DNA of 63,832 bases, counting the filler. It is 6 parts of 6 records of this genome, joined end to end, with 100 filler letters (N's around TTAATTAATTAA, not from the genome) between each part and the next. Parts side by side here need not be neighbours in the genome. Positions count along the whole stretch, not along the records: positions 19,607 to 25,673 come from SRR31156797_22315; positions 25,774 to 57,146 come from SRR31156797_22316; 4 more parts are not named here. One strand, 5' to 3'. This document shows, piece after piece, positions 21,993-32,766 of the stretch. Position 1 is the stretch's first letter. The number at the start of each line of letters is the position of its first letter. Under the pieces are notes generated by a model, which was not told the DNA's origin, did no database searches, and saw only the letters and a program-made list of their open reading frames with translations. A program made the position numbers and the translations under genes.

Positions 21993-24900
21993 ATGCCCGT
22001 AAGGATCGGGTTTTATATTTGCCATTGCGGCATCAATATTGCCGGAAAAGTCAATGTCGTTGAAGTGGCTAATTTTGCTTCTAAACTCGATAACGTCGTT
22101 ATCGCCCGCGATTACAAATTCATGTGCAGCGATCCCGGCCAGGAAATGATCGTGAAAGACATCGAAGAACTCCGGTTGAACCGGGTTGTTGTCGCTTCCT
22201 GTTCTCCCAGGCTGCACGGCAAAACCTTCCAGGGCGCCTGCCGACGCGCCGGACTTAATCCGTATTTCTTTCAAATGGCTTCCGTGCGCGAACAGGTTTC
22301 CTGGGTGACCGAAGATGAACAGGAAGCGACGGACAAAGCCAAGAGCCTTGCCGCCGCGGCCATAAACCGGGTGAACTTTCATGAAAGCCTGGAAAGCCGG
22401 GAAGCGGCTGTTCATCCCGACGTTATGGTCGTCGGCGGGGGCATAGCCGGGATACAGGCCGCTCTGGATATAGGCGACTCCGGACACCACGTATACCTGG
22501 TTGAAAAAGAGCCGACCATCGGCGGCCACATGCTCCAGTTCGACAAAACTTTTCCCACCCTTGATTGCGCCGCCTGCATTGGAACTCCTAAAATGGTGGA
22601 AGTCGCTCAAAATCCCAACGTCGAATTGCTGTCCTACAGTGAAGTAAGTGAAATATCGGGCTTCATCGGCGCCTACAACGTCAAGGTCGTGCGCAAGCCA
22701 AGGTACATTATTGAAGGAAAATGCACCGGGTGCGGCGAATGCGCCAAGGTCTGCCCCGTTATCTCGCCCAGCGAATGGGATGAAGGCTTAAACGAGAGAA
22801 GGGCCGTTTACCGTTCCTTTCCTCAGGCGGTTCCGATTACATACTGTATTGATAAGAAAAAACAGGCCCCATGCGTTTCCAATTGCCCCGCAGGAGTCAA
22901 CGTTCAGGGATACGTACAACTGATCGGCCAGGGAAAATACAATGAAGCAGTCGAACTGATCATGCACAGGCTGCCATTGCCCGGCGTGCTCGGCCGCGTC
23001 TGTCCGCACCCCTGTGAAACCGCCTGCCGCAGGCTCGACATCGATGAAGCTGTGGCCATCAGAAACCTGAAAAGGTTTGCCGCCGACCATGCCGATATCA
23101 GCAGCCTTAAAAGCCCCGAAATTAAGGAGCGTCCTGAAAAAATAGCCATAATAGGCTCGGGACCGGCCGGCTTGACCGCGGCCTGGTTCCTCCGCCTTAA
23201 AGGCTATAAAGTTACTATTTTTGAAGCCCTGGATGTCCTTGGCGGCATGCTCCGAACCGGTATACCCGATTACCGGTTGCCCCGTGAAATTCTGCAAAAG
23301 GAAATTGATTACATTGTCAGCCAGGGCGTGGAAGTAAGAACTCAAACTTCTTTCGGCAAAGACATCAGCCTGGAAAGCCTTGAAAATGAAGGCTTTAAAG
23401 CCGTTTTAATGGGCATCGGCGCCCAGGCCGGGCTTAAACTGAACATTCCCGGTGAAGATGACAACGCTGGAGTTATCGACGCCGTGGAATTTTTAAGGGC
23501 CGTCAACCTGGACCGGGAGACGACGGTCGGCCGAAGGATTTTGATCATTGGCGGAGGCAACGTGGCTGTTGATGCTGCGCGCGCGGCCAGGCGTCTCGGA
23601 GTTGATGTGAAAATAGTCTACAGGCGTACGCACCTGGAAATGCCCGCCTATAAAGAAGAAATTGAAGGGGCCGCCCAGGAGGGCGTGGAAATTGATACCC
23701 TGGCCTCTCCTGTCCGAATAATAATGGAAAACGGACGGGTCGCCGGATTGGAATGCATTCGCAACGAACTTGGCCCGCCCGACGCGGGCGGACGCAGACG
23801 ACCCATACCGGTTCAAGGTTCGGAATTTATTCTGCCCTGCGATACGGTAATTCCAGCCATCGGACAGAGCGTGGACGCTCCCTGGGCTTCAGATGAAAAA
23901 GACCTGAACTGGACCTCGAGAAATACAGTTACCGTCAATCCCGAAACCATGCAGGCCGGCTTGCCTCATGTATTTGCCGCGGGAGACATGGTCAGCGGTC
24001 CGGCCACGGTGATAGAAGCCGTGGCCGCGGCCCGCAAGGCCGTGGAAGCCATGGACGCCTTTCTCAACGGCCGGGATATGGATCATTATGAAGAAAACAG
24101 GGCCGGCGGCCGGCCGACAGATGGAGAATGGACGCCTATCCCTGAAAATGTCGCGCCCGAGACCCGGGTCCAATCGTTGCACCTGGACGCCGGGGAAAGA
24201 AACGGTTCATTTAACGAAGTAGATCTGAATTTCTCGGAAGAAGACGCCAAACGGGAAGCATCGCGATGCCTCAACTGCGGAGGATGTTCCGAGTGCCTGG
24301 AATGCGTCAAGGTCTGCGAAGCCGCGGCCATAGACCACACTATGCGCGAAGAAACCCTGGATATCAAGGTCGGCAGCATTATCCTGGCCACCGGGTTCGA
24401 TCTTTTCGATCCCACGCCCCTCAAACAGTTCGGATACGGTAAGTTCCCCAATGTCTTTACCAGCCTTGAATTCGAACGCCTGAATAATGCCACCGGACCC
24501 ACCGGCGGTCGAATCCTTACCAGAAACAAGGATGGACAATTCACCGACCCCCCGCAAAGCGCGGCCATTATCCATTGCGTCGGCAGCCGCGACGATAATT
24601 ATCACGAATACTGTTCCCGGGTTTGCTGCATGTACGCGCTTAAATACGCACATCTTCTTCATGACAAGGCCGGGCCTCAAACCCGAATCCACGAGTTTTA
24701 TATCGACATGCGCTGCTTCGGAAAAGGGTATGAGGAATTCTACCGCCGGTGCCAGGAAGAAGGCGTCAATTTTGTTCGGGGCAAACCCGCCGAAGTAACC
24801 GACAAGGCTCTCACGCCCGAGGAAGAGGGCAAGTTAATCGTGATCGGTGAAGACACTTTACTCGGCCGGCGCTATCGTTTGCCCGTGGACATGGTCATTC

Positions 24901-25400
24901 TGTGCGCGGCCGTGGAAGCCAGACAGGATGCCTCATCGGTGGCCAGAATATTCGGCATCAACCAGGGCAGGGACGGTTTTTTCCTGGAAGAACATCCCAA
25001 GCTGGCCCCCCTGTCAACCGCTTCGGACGGCGTCTTTCTCGCCGGGACCTGCCAGGGGCCCCGCGACGTTCCCGATACCGTCGCCCAGGCTTCGGGCGCG
25101 GCCGTAAAAGCGCTTTCTCTGGCCACATTGGGTAAAGTCGAAATAGAACCGACAGTTTCCTGGATAGATCCCGATATATGCGCGGGCTGTCAAATATGCA
25201 TCGGCTTGTGCCCTTATTCAGCCATCGAATTTAACCACCGCCTCGGAATATCCGAGGTTAACGAAGCTTTATGCAAAGGATGCGGCAGTTGCTCGGGATT
25301 TTGCCCCAGCGGCGCCGCCAAAAGCAGGCATTTTAAAAACAAGCAGATATTTGCCGAAATCGACGGCATCTTTGACGCTATTCACGCAGTAGGAAGATAA
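21993..25400 (+). CDS. hdrL: HdrL-type heterodisulfide reductase subunit A with an inserted GltD/NfnB-like pyridine-nucleotide oxidoreductase module
   Basis: RBS GAGGAG then [37 protein letters not shown], then insert ([44 protein letters not shown]), then HCVGSR..YCSRVCC and C-terminal ferredoxin motifs. Confidence 0.88.
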   Translation: MPVRIGFYICHCGINIAGKVNVVEVANFASKLDNVVIARDYKFMCSDPGQEMIVKDIEELRLNRVVVASCSPRLHGKTFQGACRRAGLNPYFFQMASVREQVSWVTEDEQEATDKAKSLAAAAINRVNFHESLESREAAVHPDVMVVGGGIAGIQAALDIGDSGHHVYLVEKEPTIGGHMLQFDKTFPTLDCAACIGTPKMVEVAQNPNVELLSYSEVSEISGFIGAYNVKVVRKPRYIIEGKCTGCGECAKVCPVISPSEWDEGLNERRAVYRSFPQAVPITYCIDKKKQAPCVSNCPAGVNVQGYVQLIGQGKYNEAVELIMHRLPLPGVLGRVCPHPCETACRRLDIDEAVAIRNLKRFAADHADISSLKSPEIKERPEKIAIIGSGPAGLTAAWFLRLKGYKVTIFEALDVLGGMLRTGIPDYRLPREILQKEIDYIVSQGVEVRTQTSFGKDISLESLENEGFKAVLMGIGAQAGLKLNIPGEDDNAGVIDAVEFLRAVNLDRETTVGRRILIIGGGNVAVDAARAARRLGVDVKIVYRRTHLEMPAYKEEIEGAAQEGVEIDTLASPVRIIMENGRVAGLECIRNELGPPDAGGRRRPIPVQGSEFILPCDTVIPAIGQSVDAPWASDEKDLNWTSRNTVTVNPETMQAGLPHVFAAGDMVSGPATVIEAVAAARKAVEAMDAFLNGRDMDHYEENRAGGRPTDGEWTPIPENVAPETRVQSLHLDAGERNGSFNEVDLNFSEEDAKREASRCLNCGGCSECLECVKVCEAAAIDHTMREETLDIKVGSIILATGFDLFDPTPLKQFGYGKFPNVFTSLEFERLNNATGPTGGRILTRNKDGQFTDPPQSAAIIHCVGSRDDNYHEYCSRVCCMYALKYAHLLHDKAGPQTRIHEFYIDMRCFGKGYEEFYRRCQEEGVNFVRGKPAEVTDKALTPEEEGKLIVIGEDTLLGRRYRLPVDMVILCAAVEARQDASSVARIFGINQGRDGFFLEEHPKLAPLSTASDGVFLAGTCQGPRDVPDTVAQASGAAVKALSLATLGKVEIEPTVSWIDPDICAGCQICIGLCPYSAIEFNHRLGISEVNEALCKGCGSCSGFCPSGAAKSRHFKNKQIFAEIDGIFDAIHAVGR

Positions 25401-25423
25401 ACCGACTACAAGGGAGCAAACAT

Positions 25424-25673
25424 ATGAATTCATTTGAACCGGTCATTATTGCCTTTGTCTGCAATTGGTGTACTTACACCGCCGCCGACCTGGCCGGAAC
25501 GTCAAGGTTGATATATCCGATAAACGTTCGCCTCATCAGGGTCATGTGCACGGGAATGGTCGACCCCAAGTACGTTATCAAGGCCTTTTTGGAAGGCGCG
25601 GACGGCGTATTAATAAGCGGATGCCACCCCGGCGATTGCCACTATATAAACGGCAACTACAAGGCCAGAAGAA
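25424..25673 (+). CDS. mvhD: MvhD/FlxD [2Fe-2S] subunit, Cys form, 3'-truncated
   Basis: [39 protein letters not shown]. Confidence 0.92.
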
Positions 25674-25773
25674 NNNNNNNNNNNNNNNNNNNNNNNNNNN
25701 NNNNNNNNNNNNNNNNNTTAATTAATTAANNNNNNNNNNNNNNNNNNNNNNNNNNNNNNNNNNNNNNNNNNNN
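25674..25773. other. Assembly spacer (contig join)
   Basis: N run with TTAATTAATTAA. Confidence 0.98.
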
Positions 25774-25774
25774 G

Positions 25775-25849
25775 GTTGATGACTTCCAAAAAGGCTTCGA
25801 CGCCATGCGTAGCGGGGCTTCTGGTAAAGTTATCCTTGATTGGGAATAA
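25775..25849 (+). CDS. tdh: L-threonine 3-dehydrogenase, C-terminal fragment
   Basis: Translates VDDFQKGFDAMRSGASGKVILDWE*, the typical gammaproteobacterial Tdh C-terminus; not in the ORF track. Confidence 0.85.
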   Translation, partial: VDDFQKGFDAMRSGASGKVILDWE

Positions 25850-25864
25850 TCGAATATTGATTCT

Positions 25865-25892
25865 GAAGCGCTCCTGTTGGGGCGCTTTTTTT
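25865..25892 (+). terminator. Intrinsic terminator after tdh
   Basis: GAAGCGCTCC-TGTT-GGGGCGCTT followed by a T run. Confidence 0.8.
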
Positions 25893-26099
25893 GTGTTTGG
25901 GAACCGACAATAAACGGAATACACCAAGTAAACGAGTCAGGTATTGCAACATCAGTAAACGCTAGCTGTTATTGCGCTCGTCCTTAACTAAACTTTCTGT
26001 TTAAAATTAGTCATTAAAAATAACTATATAGTCTAATATGAACGTATAGATAACTAGAATTCTAAACTTTTTGCTAATAATTTTGTCGAGAGTACGGCT

Positions 26100-27473
26100 T
26101 TGCTGAGAAAATATAAGTTCAATCCATGGATGTTTTGGGTGTTGACCATTGCGTACGGCCTTTTCAGTTTGTTGATTGTTAGTGTGATCACGGCGCAGTT
26201 TGTTGAGAGGCAAGTTCAGCAAGCAAAGGACTCCATCCAACATGAACTTTCGTTGGTCAGATATAGCATAGAGGCGAATATCTTCCGCGATACTTACCTT
26301 GCAGACAGCTTCGCGTCTGTTGTTGCGCTTGATCCCAAGTTTGCGACTGACAACTGGAAGTCGGTGTCCGAGCAGTTTTTATCCAAAGCAGGTTTTGTTA
26401 GAAACATAGGTGTTGCTCCTAACGACATTATTTCCCATGTTTACCCTATGGAGGGGAACGAGAAAGCGATAGGTTTAGATTTTCGAACTGTGCCAAATCA
26501 ATATAGAACGGTACAGCTAGCGCGAGACACGAAAAAAGTTGTTATCGCTGGGCCGTTGGAACTGGTTCAGGGAGGCAAAGGTCTCATTGCCAGATACCCC
26601 ATCTTTACCGATCTCCCCCAAAGAGCCCACTACTGGGGTGGGTTGAGTGTCGTCATGGACTATGAAAAAATTATTAATGCTTCCAAACTTCACACCTTGA
26701 AAAGTGTCGATGTCGCGTTAGTTGTAAACAGTTCTGGTGATACAAGCGATCGCGTTATCGAAGGTAACAAAAGAGTACTGACCGATTTTGACATTAATTA
26801 CCCAATCTATCTTCCCAATGGACATTGGACACTATTTGCGAAGTATAAAAATGTCGACGACATAGAGAATATTAGTGCTTTTAAAAATCTCTTCATGGCC
26901 CTTGGCTTTGCCACTTTTGGTATCGGGTACCTGCTAATACTCTTTCTCATCAACAACTACTTACGAGCGCAAAAGCTCTCTTTACATGATGAACTTACTA
27001 AACTACCCAATCGCAGATACCTGTTTAATGAGCTGAACAGGTTAATGTCGAGAAACGGAGCTGAAGTTGAATTTACGATCTTGAATATTGATTTAAATCG
27101 ATTTAAGCAAATCAATGACTCTTTAGGGCACAATGCAGGCGATGAGGTGCTTAAACATATGGCATCGTCATTGAATCGATGCTTGCGTTCTTCCGATTTT
27201 GTTTCAAGAATCGGAGGAGACGAGTTCGTCGTGATATTGAAACGAACAGCCCAAAAGGACGATGTTGAGCGTGTCATTCACAAGCTTCATACTTACCTAG
27301 AGTCAAGTCCATTACATTGGAAGCAAGAGCGGATATGGATATCGATAAGTGTCGGGTACTACATTTATGCAGGTGAAGCTGACCCATCGCTGATTAACGA
27401 TATTTTATCCAAAGCGGATAAGAAAATGTATAAAGACAAGGAATTGCAGAAAATTGTTAATGACAACATTTAA
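26100..27473 (+). CDS. CHASE-sensor diguanylate cyclase
   Basis: Two TMs flanking YPMEGNEKAIGLD/AGPLELVQGG; HDELTKLPNRR, RSSD I-site, GGDEF. Confidence 0.92.
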   Translation: MLRKYKFNPWMFWVLTIAYGLFSLLIVSVITAQFVERQVQQAKDSIQHELSLVRYSIEANIFRDTYLADSFASVVALDPKFATDNWKSVSEQFLSKAGFVRNIGVAPNDIISHVYPMEGNEKAIGLDFRTVPNQYRTVQLARDTKKVVIAGPLELVQGGKGLIARYPIFTDLPQRAHYWGGLSVVMDYEKIINASKLHTLKSVDVALVVNSSGDTSDRVIEGNKRVLTDFDINYPIYLPNGHWTLFAKYKNVDDIENISAFKNLFMALGFATFGIGYLLILFLINNYLRAQKLSLHDELTKLPNRRYLFNELNRLMSRNGAEVEFTILNIDLNRFKQINDSLGHNAGDEVLKHMASSLNRCLRSSDFVSRIGGDEFVVILKRTAQKDDVERVIHKLHTYLESSPLHWKQERIWISISVGYYIYAGEADPSLINDILSKADKKMYKDKELQKIVNDNI

Positions 27474-27608
27474 TCGGTTGATTTACCTTCAGAGGCTTTA
27501 ATCACCTTTCCGCGATGCTTTAATGGTTACTTTTGTTAGTTTTTCATATTGTTCAATAACTTAGGCTCTACTTGGTTGATCACGAACAAACGTGGTGTTG
27601 ATCTTTAC

Positions 27609-27649
27609 TTGACCAATATTTTTATTGAAATATACTTGAGTTATCAAGT
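27609..27649 (+). promoter_or_regulatory. Sigma-70 promoter overlapped by a palindromic (autoregulatory?) operator
   Basis: TTGACC-16 nt-TATACT; ACTTGA-GTTA-TCAAGT at 27634-27649 overlaps the -10. Confidence 0.55.
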
Positions 27650-27667
27650 TTAATTCAAGGGTTTGTT

Positions 27668-28090
27668 ATGGCAGTTGGGAATATCGCTTCATTAATGTTG
27701 GAGCACACGTTAACCAGTACGCGACTAAGTAAAAAATTGGATTCTAGTTTGAGTGTCCATGGGTTGAGTTATACCGAGTTTGTGATTATGCATCGCTTGC
27801 AGGCTAGTCATAGCGGTTCTTTAAGCCGTATCGCGTTGGCTGAGTCGGTGGGAGTTACAGCATCAGGCGTAACTCGCCTGCTGGCGCCAATGGAGAAAAA
27901 CAATATTGTTCTGAAAGTGGCGAATCCTCGCGATGCTCGCCAAAGTTTGGTGGGGTTGACCGAAGTAGGGCAAGAGCTCTATGCGGATGCCAGTGTGTCA
28001 TTTGAGCATGCGTGTAAAGCAGCCTTTTCCCTATTTGAAGACCAAGAGCTAGTGCAACTGATGCAGCTGCTGAACAAAATTAAGTGTTAG
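27668..28090 (+). CDS. MarR family transcriptional regulator
   Basis: GLSYTEF, LAESVGVTASGVTRLL..MEK, NPRDARQSLVGLTEVG. Confidence 0.9.
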   Translation: MAVGNIASLMLEHTLTSTRLSKKLDSSLSVHGLSYTEFVIMHRLQASHSGSLSRIALAESVGVTASGVTRLLAPMEKNNIVLKVANPRDARQSLVGLTEVGQELYADASVSFEHACKAAFSLFEDQELVQLMQLLNKIKC

Positions 28091-28515
28091 CAACAAAAGG
28101 TTAGCTACATTACGGTCGATAGTCTCAAGCTGTTGTAGCCACCGTTGCTTGGTAATGATTTGTTACGTTTATTTACCTGGTAACGGAGTGCATTTTCGTT
28201 TGAGTGCTATCGAATTTGTTTGTTAGAAAATGCGCTTCTTGCCTATCAAATAGGTTTGATATTGAGTTTTAGGTACTCTATTGCATTTAAAAATGAACTT
28301 ACCAGCGAAAGAAGACTTGTCTATCCCACTGAACGAAGTGTTCTAACGATTTGACTACAAATGATTTGGGGCTAAGTACCTCATTAAACAGTGTTGTTTC
28401 AATTAGTTATTGGTGATTAACTTATACCGTCTTAGTTACAGAGGTATAAATACTTAATGGACGACCCCCTTAGTCGCATAACCCCTTCTTTACATGTTTC
28501 CTCTTACACGGAGGC

Positions 28516-29286
28516 ATGCTCATGTTAGACATTTTATTACAACCTGAAGCCTGGGTTATCTTTACCACGCTATTGGCGTTAGAAGTCATTTTAGGTGTTG
28601 ATAACGTAGTCTTTATATCTGTTCTCTGCGAACGTTTACCCCAATACAAGCGACGCTTTGCTCGTAATTTAGGTATTGGCTTAGCGGTGATCGCTCGTAT
28701 TGCGTTGGTGTTTTCGATTACTTGGATCATGCAATTAACGCTACCGCTGTTTTCTTTGTTTGGTTACGAGTTCACAGGTAAAGATACCATCATGATACTT
28801 GGCGGTGGTTTTTTGCTCGCAAAAAGTTTGAAAGAGCTTTGGAGTTGGCTAACTCATACAGAGCATCGCCATTCAACGCATGTTAGAACTGGTTTGGCTG
28901 TTGTGTTATTGCAGATTGTCGCGGTTGATGCGGTGTTTTCTATCGACTCCGTGATTACCGCGGTTGGTTTAACCGATGAAGTACCCTTGATGGTCGCTGC
29001 GATCATTTCTTCTGCCGTGATCATGATTTTGACCGCAGAAAGAATTAATCACTTAGTGACCAGTTATCCCGGGTTTAAAACGCTGGCACTTCTATTCCTA
29101 GTGTTACTGGGTGGTTTATTGATGGCTGAAGGTTTCGCAATTCATGTCAACAAAGGCTATGTTTACTTCGCAATGGTGTTTGGCTTAGTTCTAGAAATGT
29201 GCCATATCCAACTGAAAAATAAACAAAATACCAGCCATGGTCGGTCTTTGGTATTAAGCCATCAGAGCAAACCAGAATTGAACTAA
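28516..29286 (+). CDS. TerC family integral membrane protein
   Basis: LEVILGVDNVVFIS, DAVFSIDSVITAVG, KGYVYFAM. Confidence 0.92.
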   Translation: MLMLDILLQPEAWVIFTTLLALEVILGVDNVVFISVLCERLPQYKRRFARNLGIGLAVIARIALVFSITWIMQLTLPLFSLFGYEFTGKDTIMILGGGFLLAKSLKELWSWLTHTEHRHSTHVRTGLAVVLLQIVAVDAVFSIDSVITAVGLTDEVPLMVAAIISSAVIMILTAERINHLVTSYPGFKTLALLFLVLLGGLLMAEGFAIHVNKGYVYFAMVFGLVLEMCHIQLKNKQNTSHGRSLVLSHQSKPELN

Positions 29287-29312
29287 AGATAGCTTCACTT
29301 TAGGTAAAAAAT

Positions 29313-29345
29313 GAACCAGTAGTACTGCGGTATTGCTGGTTTTTC
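29313..29345 (+). terminator. Intrinsic terminator after terC
   Basis: AACCAGTAGTAC-TGCG-GTATTGCTGGTT followed by a T run. Confidence 0.7.
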
Positions 29346-29524
29346 TTTTTCATTTGGTGGTGATATTGCTGTGCTTAATGTTTGAAATGGCTCGCTATAA
29401 ATACGACAAATAACAGTATTGAACTAAGGTTATAACTTATAACAAAACTCGTTTTGCGTCCCTTTTAGATTCGTTTACAGTGCGCTAATATTAAAATAAC
29501 TTACTAAATAAAAAGGATTTTGCA

Positions 29525-30535
29525 GTGAAAAACTTTAAGAAATCTCTTCTTGCAACCTTAAGCATCAGTTTATTGTCTATGTCAGCTGCTCAAGCTCAAG
29601 AGTGGCGTTTCAACAACTTCTTACCAGAGACTCGCCCTGAGACTAAACAACTTGAACAGTATGCCGCCGATGTGAAAACGAAGACCAATGGCGAAATCGA
29701 CATTAAAGTGTTTAGCGGTAGCTCATTAGGTCTAAAAAACACTGACGTTTTACGCTTTTTACCGCGTGGCGCGGTTGATATGAGTTTGGCATGGGCAAAC
29801 TACTTAGGTCGCGATGCTGAGAGTTTAAGTACCGTAATGGTTCAAGGCACCATAGGTTCAGTTGAAGAGTTGAATGCGGCATTGCCTGAAGTGAAAAAGA
29901 TTTATGCGGAAGAGTTTTCTGACTGGGATGTGGCGATCACTGGTTATGTTGCACTTCCTATGCTGGAAGCGTCTATTTTTTGTCGTGAAGACCCTATCAA
30001 CTCGCTAGAAGATCTTCGTGGTAAGAAACTGCGCGTATGGGCAAAAGATCAGGTTGATACCTTTGGTCGTTTAGGCATTTCTGCTCAGATCATTCCACAG
30101 GAAGAAATGTACGTTGCGATGAAAACTGGTGTAGTGGATTGTGCGGTATACCCAGCACTTTACGCTCACACGGTTTCTCTGCAAGAAGTGAGCAAATACG
30201 CCGCTTACCTATATCCAATGGCATCAGGCCCATACATTTTAGGTATGTCTCAGCGTAAGTGGGATTCTCTGCCTAAAGAGCATCAACAAGCACTGACGGA
30301 AGCGGGTGATGCAATTTGGGCACGTACTAACTCTTACGAGGATGATCACCAGAAAGAACTGGATGCACGTGCGAAGCTAGCCGAAGGTGGTGTTCAATGG
30401 CTGGATGATTTCCCAGCAGAAGACCGTAAAGAGTTCACGGCTGCGATTACTGAAGTATGGGGTGAGCTTGCAAATGAAGCGGGCGGTAAAGCACCAGAAT
30501 ACCGCGAGCGTGTACTAAAAGCCTTGGGTCGTTAA
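29525..30535 (+). CDS. TRAP transporter substrate-binding protein DctP
   Basis: Signal peptide, TNGEIDIKVF, DLRGKKLRV, EMYVAMKTGVVD, WDSLP. Confidence 0.9.
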   Translation: MKNFKKSLLATLSISLLSMSAAQAQEWRFNNFLPETRPETKQLEQYAADVKTKTNGEIDIKVFSGSSLGLKNTDVLRFLPRGAVDMSLAWANYLGRDAESLSTVMVQGTIGSVEELNAALPEVKKIYAEEFSDWDVAITGYVALPMLEASIFCREDPINSLEDLRGKKLRVWAKDQVDTFGRLGISAQIIPQEEMYVAMKTGVVDCAVYPALYAHTVSLQEVSKYAAYLYPMASGPYILGMSQRKWDSLPKEHQQALTEAGDAIWARTNSYEDDHQKELDARAKLAEGGVQWLDDFPAEDRKEFTAAITEVWGELANEAGGKAPEYRERVLKALGR

Positions 30536-30552
30536 TCACACCGAGACCAAAT

Positions 30553-31059
30553 ATGAATGTATTTTCATCATTAATTGATAAAGGGCTGAAACGTTCAGCC
30601 TTTTTTCTTTCAATACTGTCTGCTCTTTCGCTGGTGGCAATTCTGGTTGTTATTGTCGCGAGTGTTGTACTGCGTAAATTCTTTAACACGCCTCTGTTCT
30701 TTACTGAAGAGCTAGTTGGCCTGTTGATGAGTGCGAGTCTGTTTCTCGCTTTACCGATGGCCACGATCAAAGGGCAGCATATTCGCGTAACGCTTCTATT
30801 GGATTCATTAAAAGAACGCGTTCCGATGCTGTCAAAACTGCTTATGCTGTTTGGCATTGTGGTGGGGATTGGCTTTACTGGTTGGATATTCTGGGAAGCG
30901 ATTCCGTGGATGGAGTTCGCCATTAAAAGGGAACTGAAGTCAGAAACCGCACGTATTTTGCTTTATCCGTTAATGTCTGTTGTTCCTGTCTCCATGGGGT
31001 TATGCGGCATTATCTATTTCGCAAGAATCTTTGGCCTAATTAAATTAGAGGAACGTTAA
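30553..31059 (+). CDS. TRAP small permease DctQ
   Basis: Four TMs, TEELVG, GQHIRVTLL. Confidence 0.88.
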   Translation: MNVFSSLIDKGLKRSAFFLSILSALSLVAILVVIVASVVLRKFFNTPLFFTEELVGLLMSASLFLALPMATIKGQHIRVTLLLDSLKERVPMLSKLLMLFGIVVGIGFTGWIFWEAIPWMEFAIKRELKSETARILLYPLMSVVPVSMGLCGIIYFARIFGLIKLEER

Positions 31060-31060
31060 G

Positions 31061-32350
31061 ATGTTTTGGACGACCCTCGTGTCTGTATTAGTTGCAACAG
31101 CAAGCAGTGGTATCGCGCTTGGGGCAGCTTTGGGTTTTACTGGCCTTATCATTCTGCACTTTTTCAACTACGGTTCTGCTTATTTAGCGGTCGATACGAT
31201 TTGGGGTGTTTTCAACTCTTTTACCCTGAGCGCAGTGCCAATGTTCATTCTGCTTGGCGAAATATTGCTAAGAAGTGGTCTCAGTGAACGTGCTTATACC
31301 GCCTTCACGCCTATTTTTGCGCGTGTTCCGGGTGGACTACTGCATTCGAACGTTGCGGTTTGTACTTTGTTTGGTGCGGTAAGTGGTTCAAGCCTTTCTA
31401 CCGCTGCCGCGATTGGTTCGGTGGCGTACCCAGAACTGAGTAAGCGGGGTTACAACAAAGAAGCTGTAGTCGGTAGTCTTGCCGGTGCAGGTACTTTAGG
31501 GCTGCTTATTCCCCCCAGCTTGTCGTTGCTTATTTTTGGCGCGTTGACGGAAACATCCATTGGCCGTTTATTTGCGGCGGGTATTGTTCCAGGCATTATG
31601 GTGAGCGCACTGTTCATGCTCTACATATTGCTGCGCAGTATTTATAACCCTTCCATTGCACCAAGAGATAACACCGCCTACAGCCTGAAATTTATTTTGA
31701 TTGGAATGGTACGTGTATGGCCAATTATGCTGCTGATTCTAGCTATTATGGGCAGCATTATGTTTGGCATTGCGACACCGACTGAAGCGGCGGGTGTCGG
31801 CGTTGCATTTGCCATTCTTATCTCGTTTGTATGGGGTGATTTAACCGTAAAAGGTCTGGTGGAATCGGTTTATCGCAGTGCTTTAATGTTTGCCTCAATT
31901 GGTTTCATTGTGTTGGGTGCGGCGATTCTTTCTCAATCGGTCAGTATCTTAGGAGTTCCACAAGCTATTCTCGAAGCTGCGATAGACAGTGGCTTAGGCA
32001 AGTATGGGATCTTCCTGCTTATCGTTTTAATTTACGTGATGTTTGGCTGTGTATTTGACGGCTTGTCACTGATGATCATGACGCTGCCGATTGTGTTCCC
32101 GTTGCTCACTGGGCTGGGTTTTGACCCAATCTGGGTTGGTGTAATGATCACGATCCTGATTGAGATTGGTCAGGTGACGCCGCCGGTGGGCTTGAACTTA
32201 TCGGTATTGACGGCGGTGACGAATGGTGAAATCAGTTTGGGTCGTACGGCGATCGCAACTATCCCATACTGGGGCATTTTATTACTGGCGATTGTGATTA
32301 TTACAATGATGCCAAGTATTGTATTGATTCTACCCAACGCAATTTTTTAA
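31061..32350 (+). CDS. TRAP large permease DctM
   Basis: AVPMFILLGEIL, VSGSS, GTLGLLIPPS, ATPTEAA, TPPVGLNL. Confidence 0.93.
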   Translation: MFWTTLVSVLVATASSGIALGAALGFTGLIILHFFNYGSAYLAVDTIWGVFNSFTLSAVPMFILLGEILLRSGLSERAYTAFTPIFARVPGGLLHSNVAVCTLFGAVSGSSLSTAAAIGSVAYPELSKRGYNKEAVVGSLAGAGTLGLLIPPSLSLLIFGALTETSIGRLFAAGIVPGIMVSALFMLYILLRSIYNPSIAPRDNTAYSLKFILIGMVRVWPIMLLILAIMGSIMFGIATPTEAAGVGVAFAILISFVWGDLTVKGLVESVYRSALMFASIGFIVLGAAILSQSVSILGVPQAILEAAIDSGLGKYGIFLLIVLIYVMFGCVFDGLSLMIMTLPIVFPLLTGLGFDPIWVGVMITILIEIGQVTPPVGLNLSVLTAVTNGEISLGRTAIATIPYWGILLLAIVIITMMPSIVLILPNAIF

Positions 32351-32359
32351 GGGGTAATT

Positions 32360-32764
32360 ATGGCAATTAAAGTAAAACCTTCAAGCTATGGTCCTGCTAT
32401 TGCTCAGCTTGATGAAAACGGTGTGATTCAGTTTGGTCTTAAAGGCAGTGAATTAAGCTCAACCCCTTCATTAGAGAGCCCGGCAGTAACGTTACTGTAC
32501 TCCATTGCCTCTTGTATGGTTCTGTCTCTGCAAATGGTGGCGAAGCGTAAGAAAATCGAGATTCAACCTTTTAGCTTTGAAGTGACTGCCCATAAAGGTG
32601 AAGAGCTGCCTGCGCATTTTGCCCAATACGAAATTGTACTGAGTCGCAGTGTTCACGACGATCTGGAAGTAGCGAAGAAGTTGCTTAAAGATGCAAAATC
32701 TATCTGTACCATCAGCAACAGTATGGCTGGTACGTTCGAATTGAGTTTGGCAGGCGAGGAATAA
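32360..32764 (+). CDS. OsmC/Ohr-like protein
   Basis: SPAVTLLYSIASC and AKSICTISNS two-Cys pattern. Confidence 0.75.
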   Translation: MAIKVKPSSYGPAIAQLDENGVIQFGLKGSELSSTPSLESPAVTLLYSIASCMVLSLQMVAKRKKIEIQPFSFEVTAHKGEELPAHFAQYEIVLSRSVHDDLEVAKKLLKDAKSICTISNSMAGTFELSLAGEE

Positions 32765-32766
32765 TC

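Noticed and set aside
19712-25135. Many 60-220 aa antisense or alternate-frame ORFs in contig 4 (similarly in contig 6)
   Set aside because: Expected shadows of GC-rich coding sequence; no motifs.
28086-28350. Possible integron attC remnant after marR
   Set aside because: No convincing RYYYAAC...GTTRRRY pair with the long imperfect hairpin; no repeats or integrase.
28360-28500. Possible yybP-ykoY (Mn) riboswitch upstream of terC
   Set aside because: Has an inverted repeat (TTATACC...GGTATAA) but lacks recognisable GGGGAGUAG and AGACC core motifs; an Infernal search with the Rfam model would be decisive.
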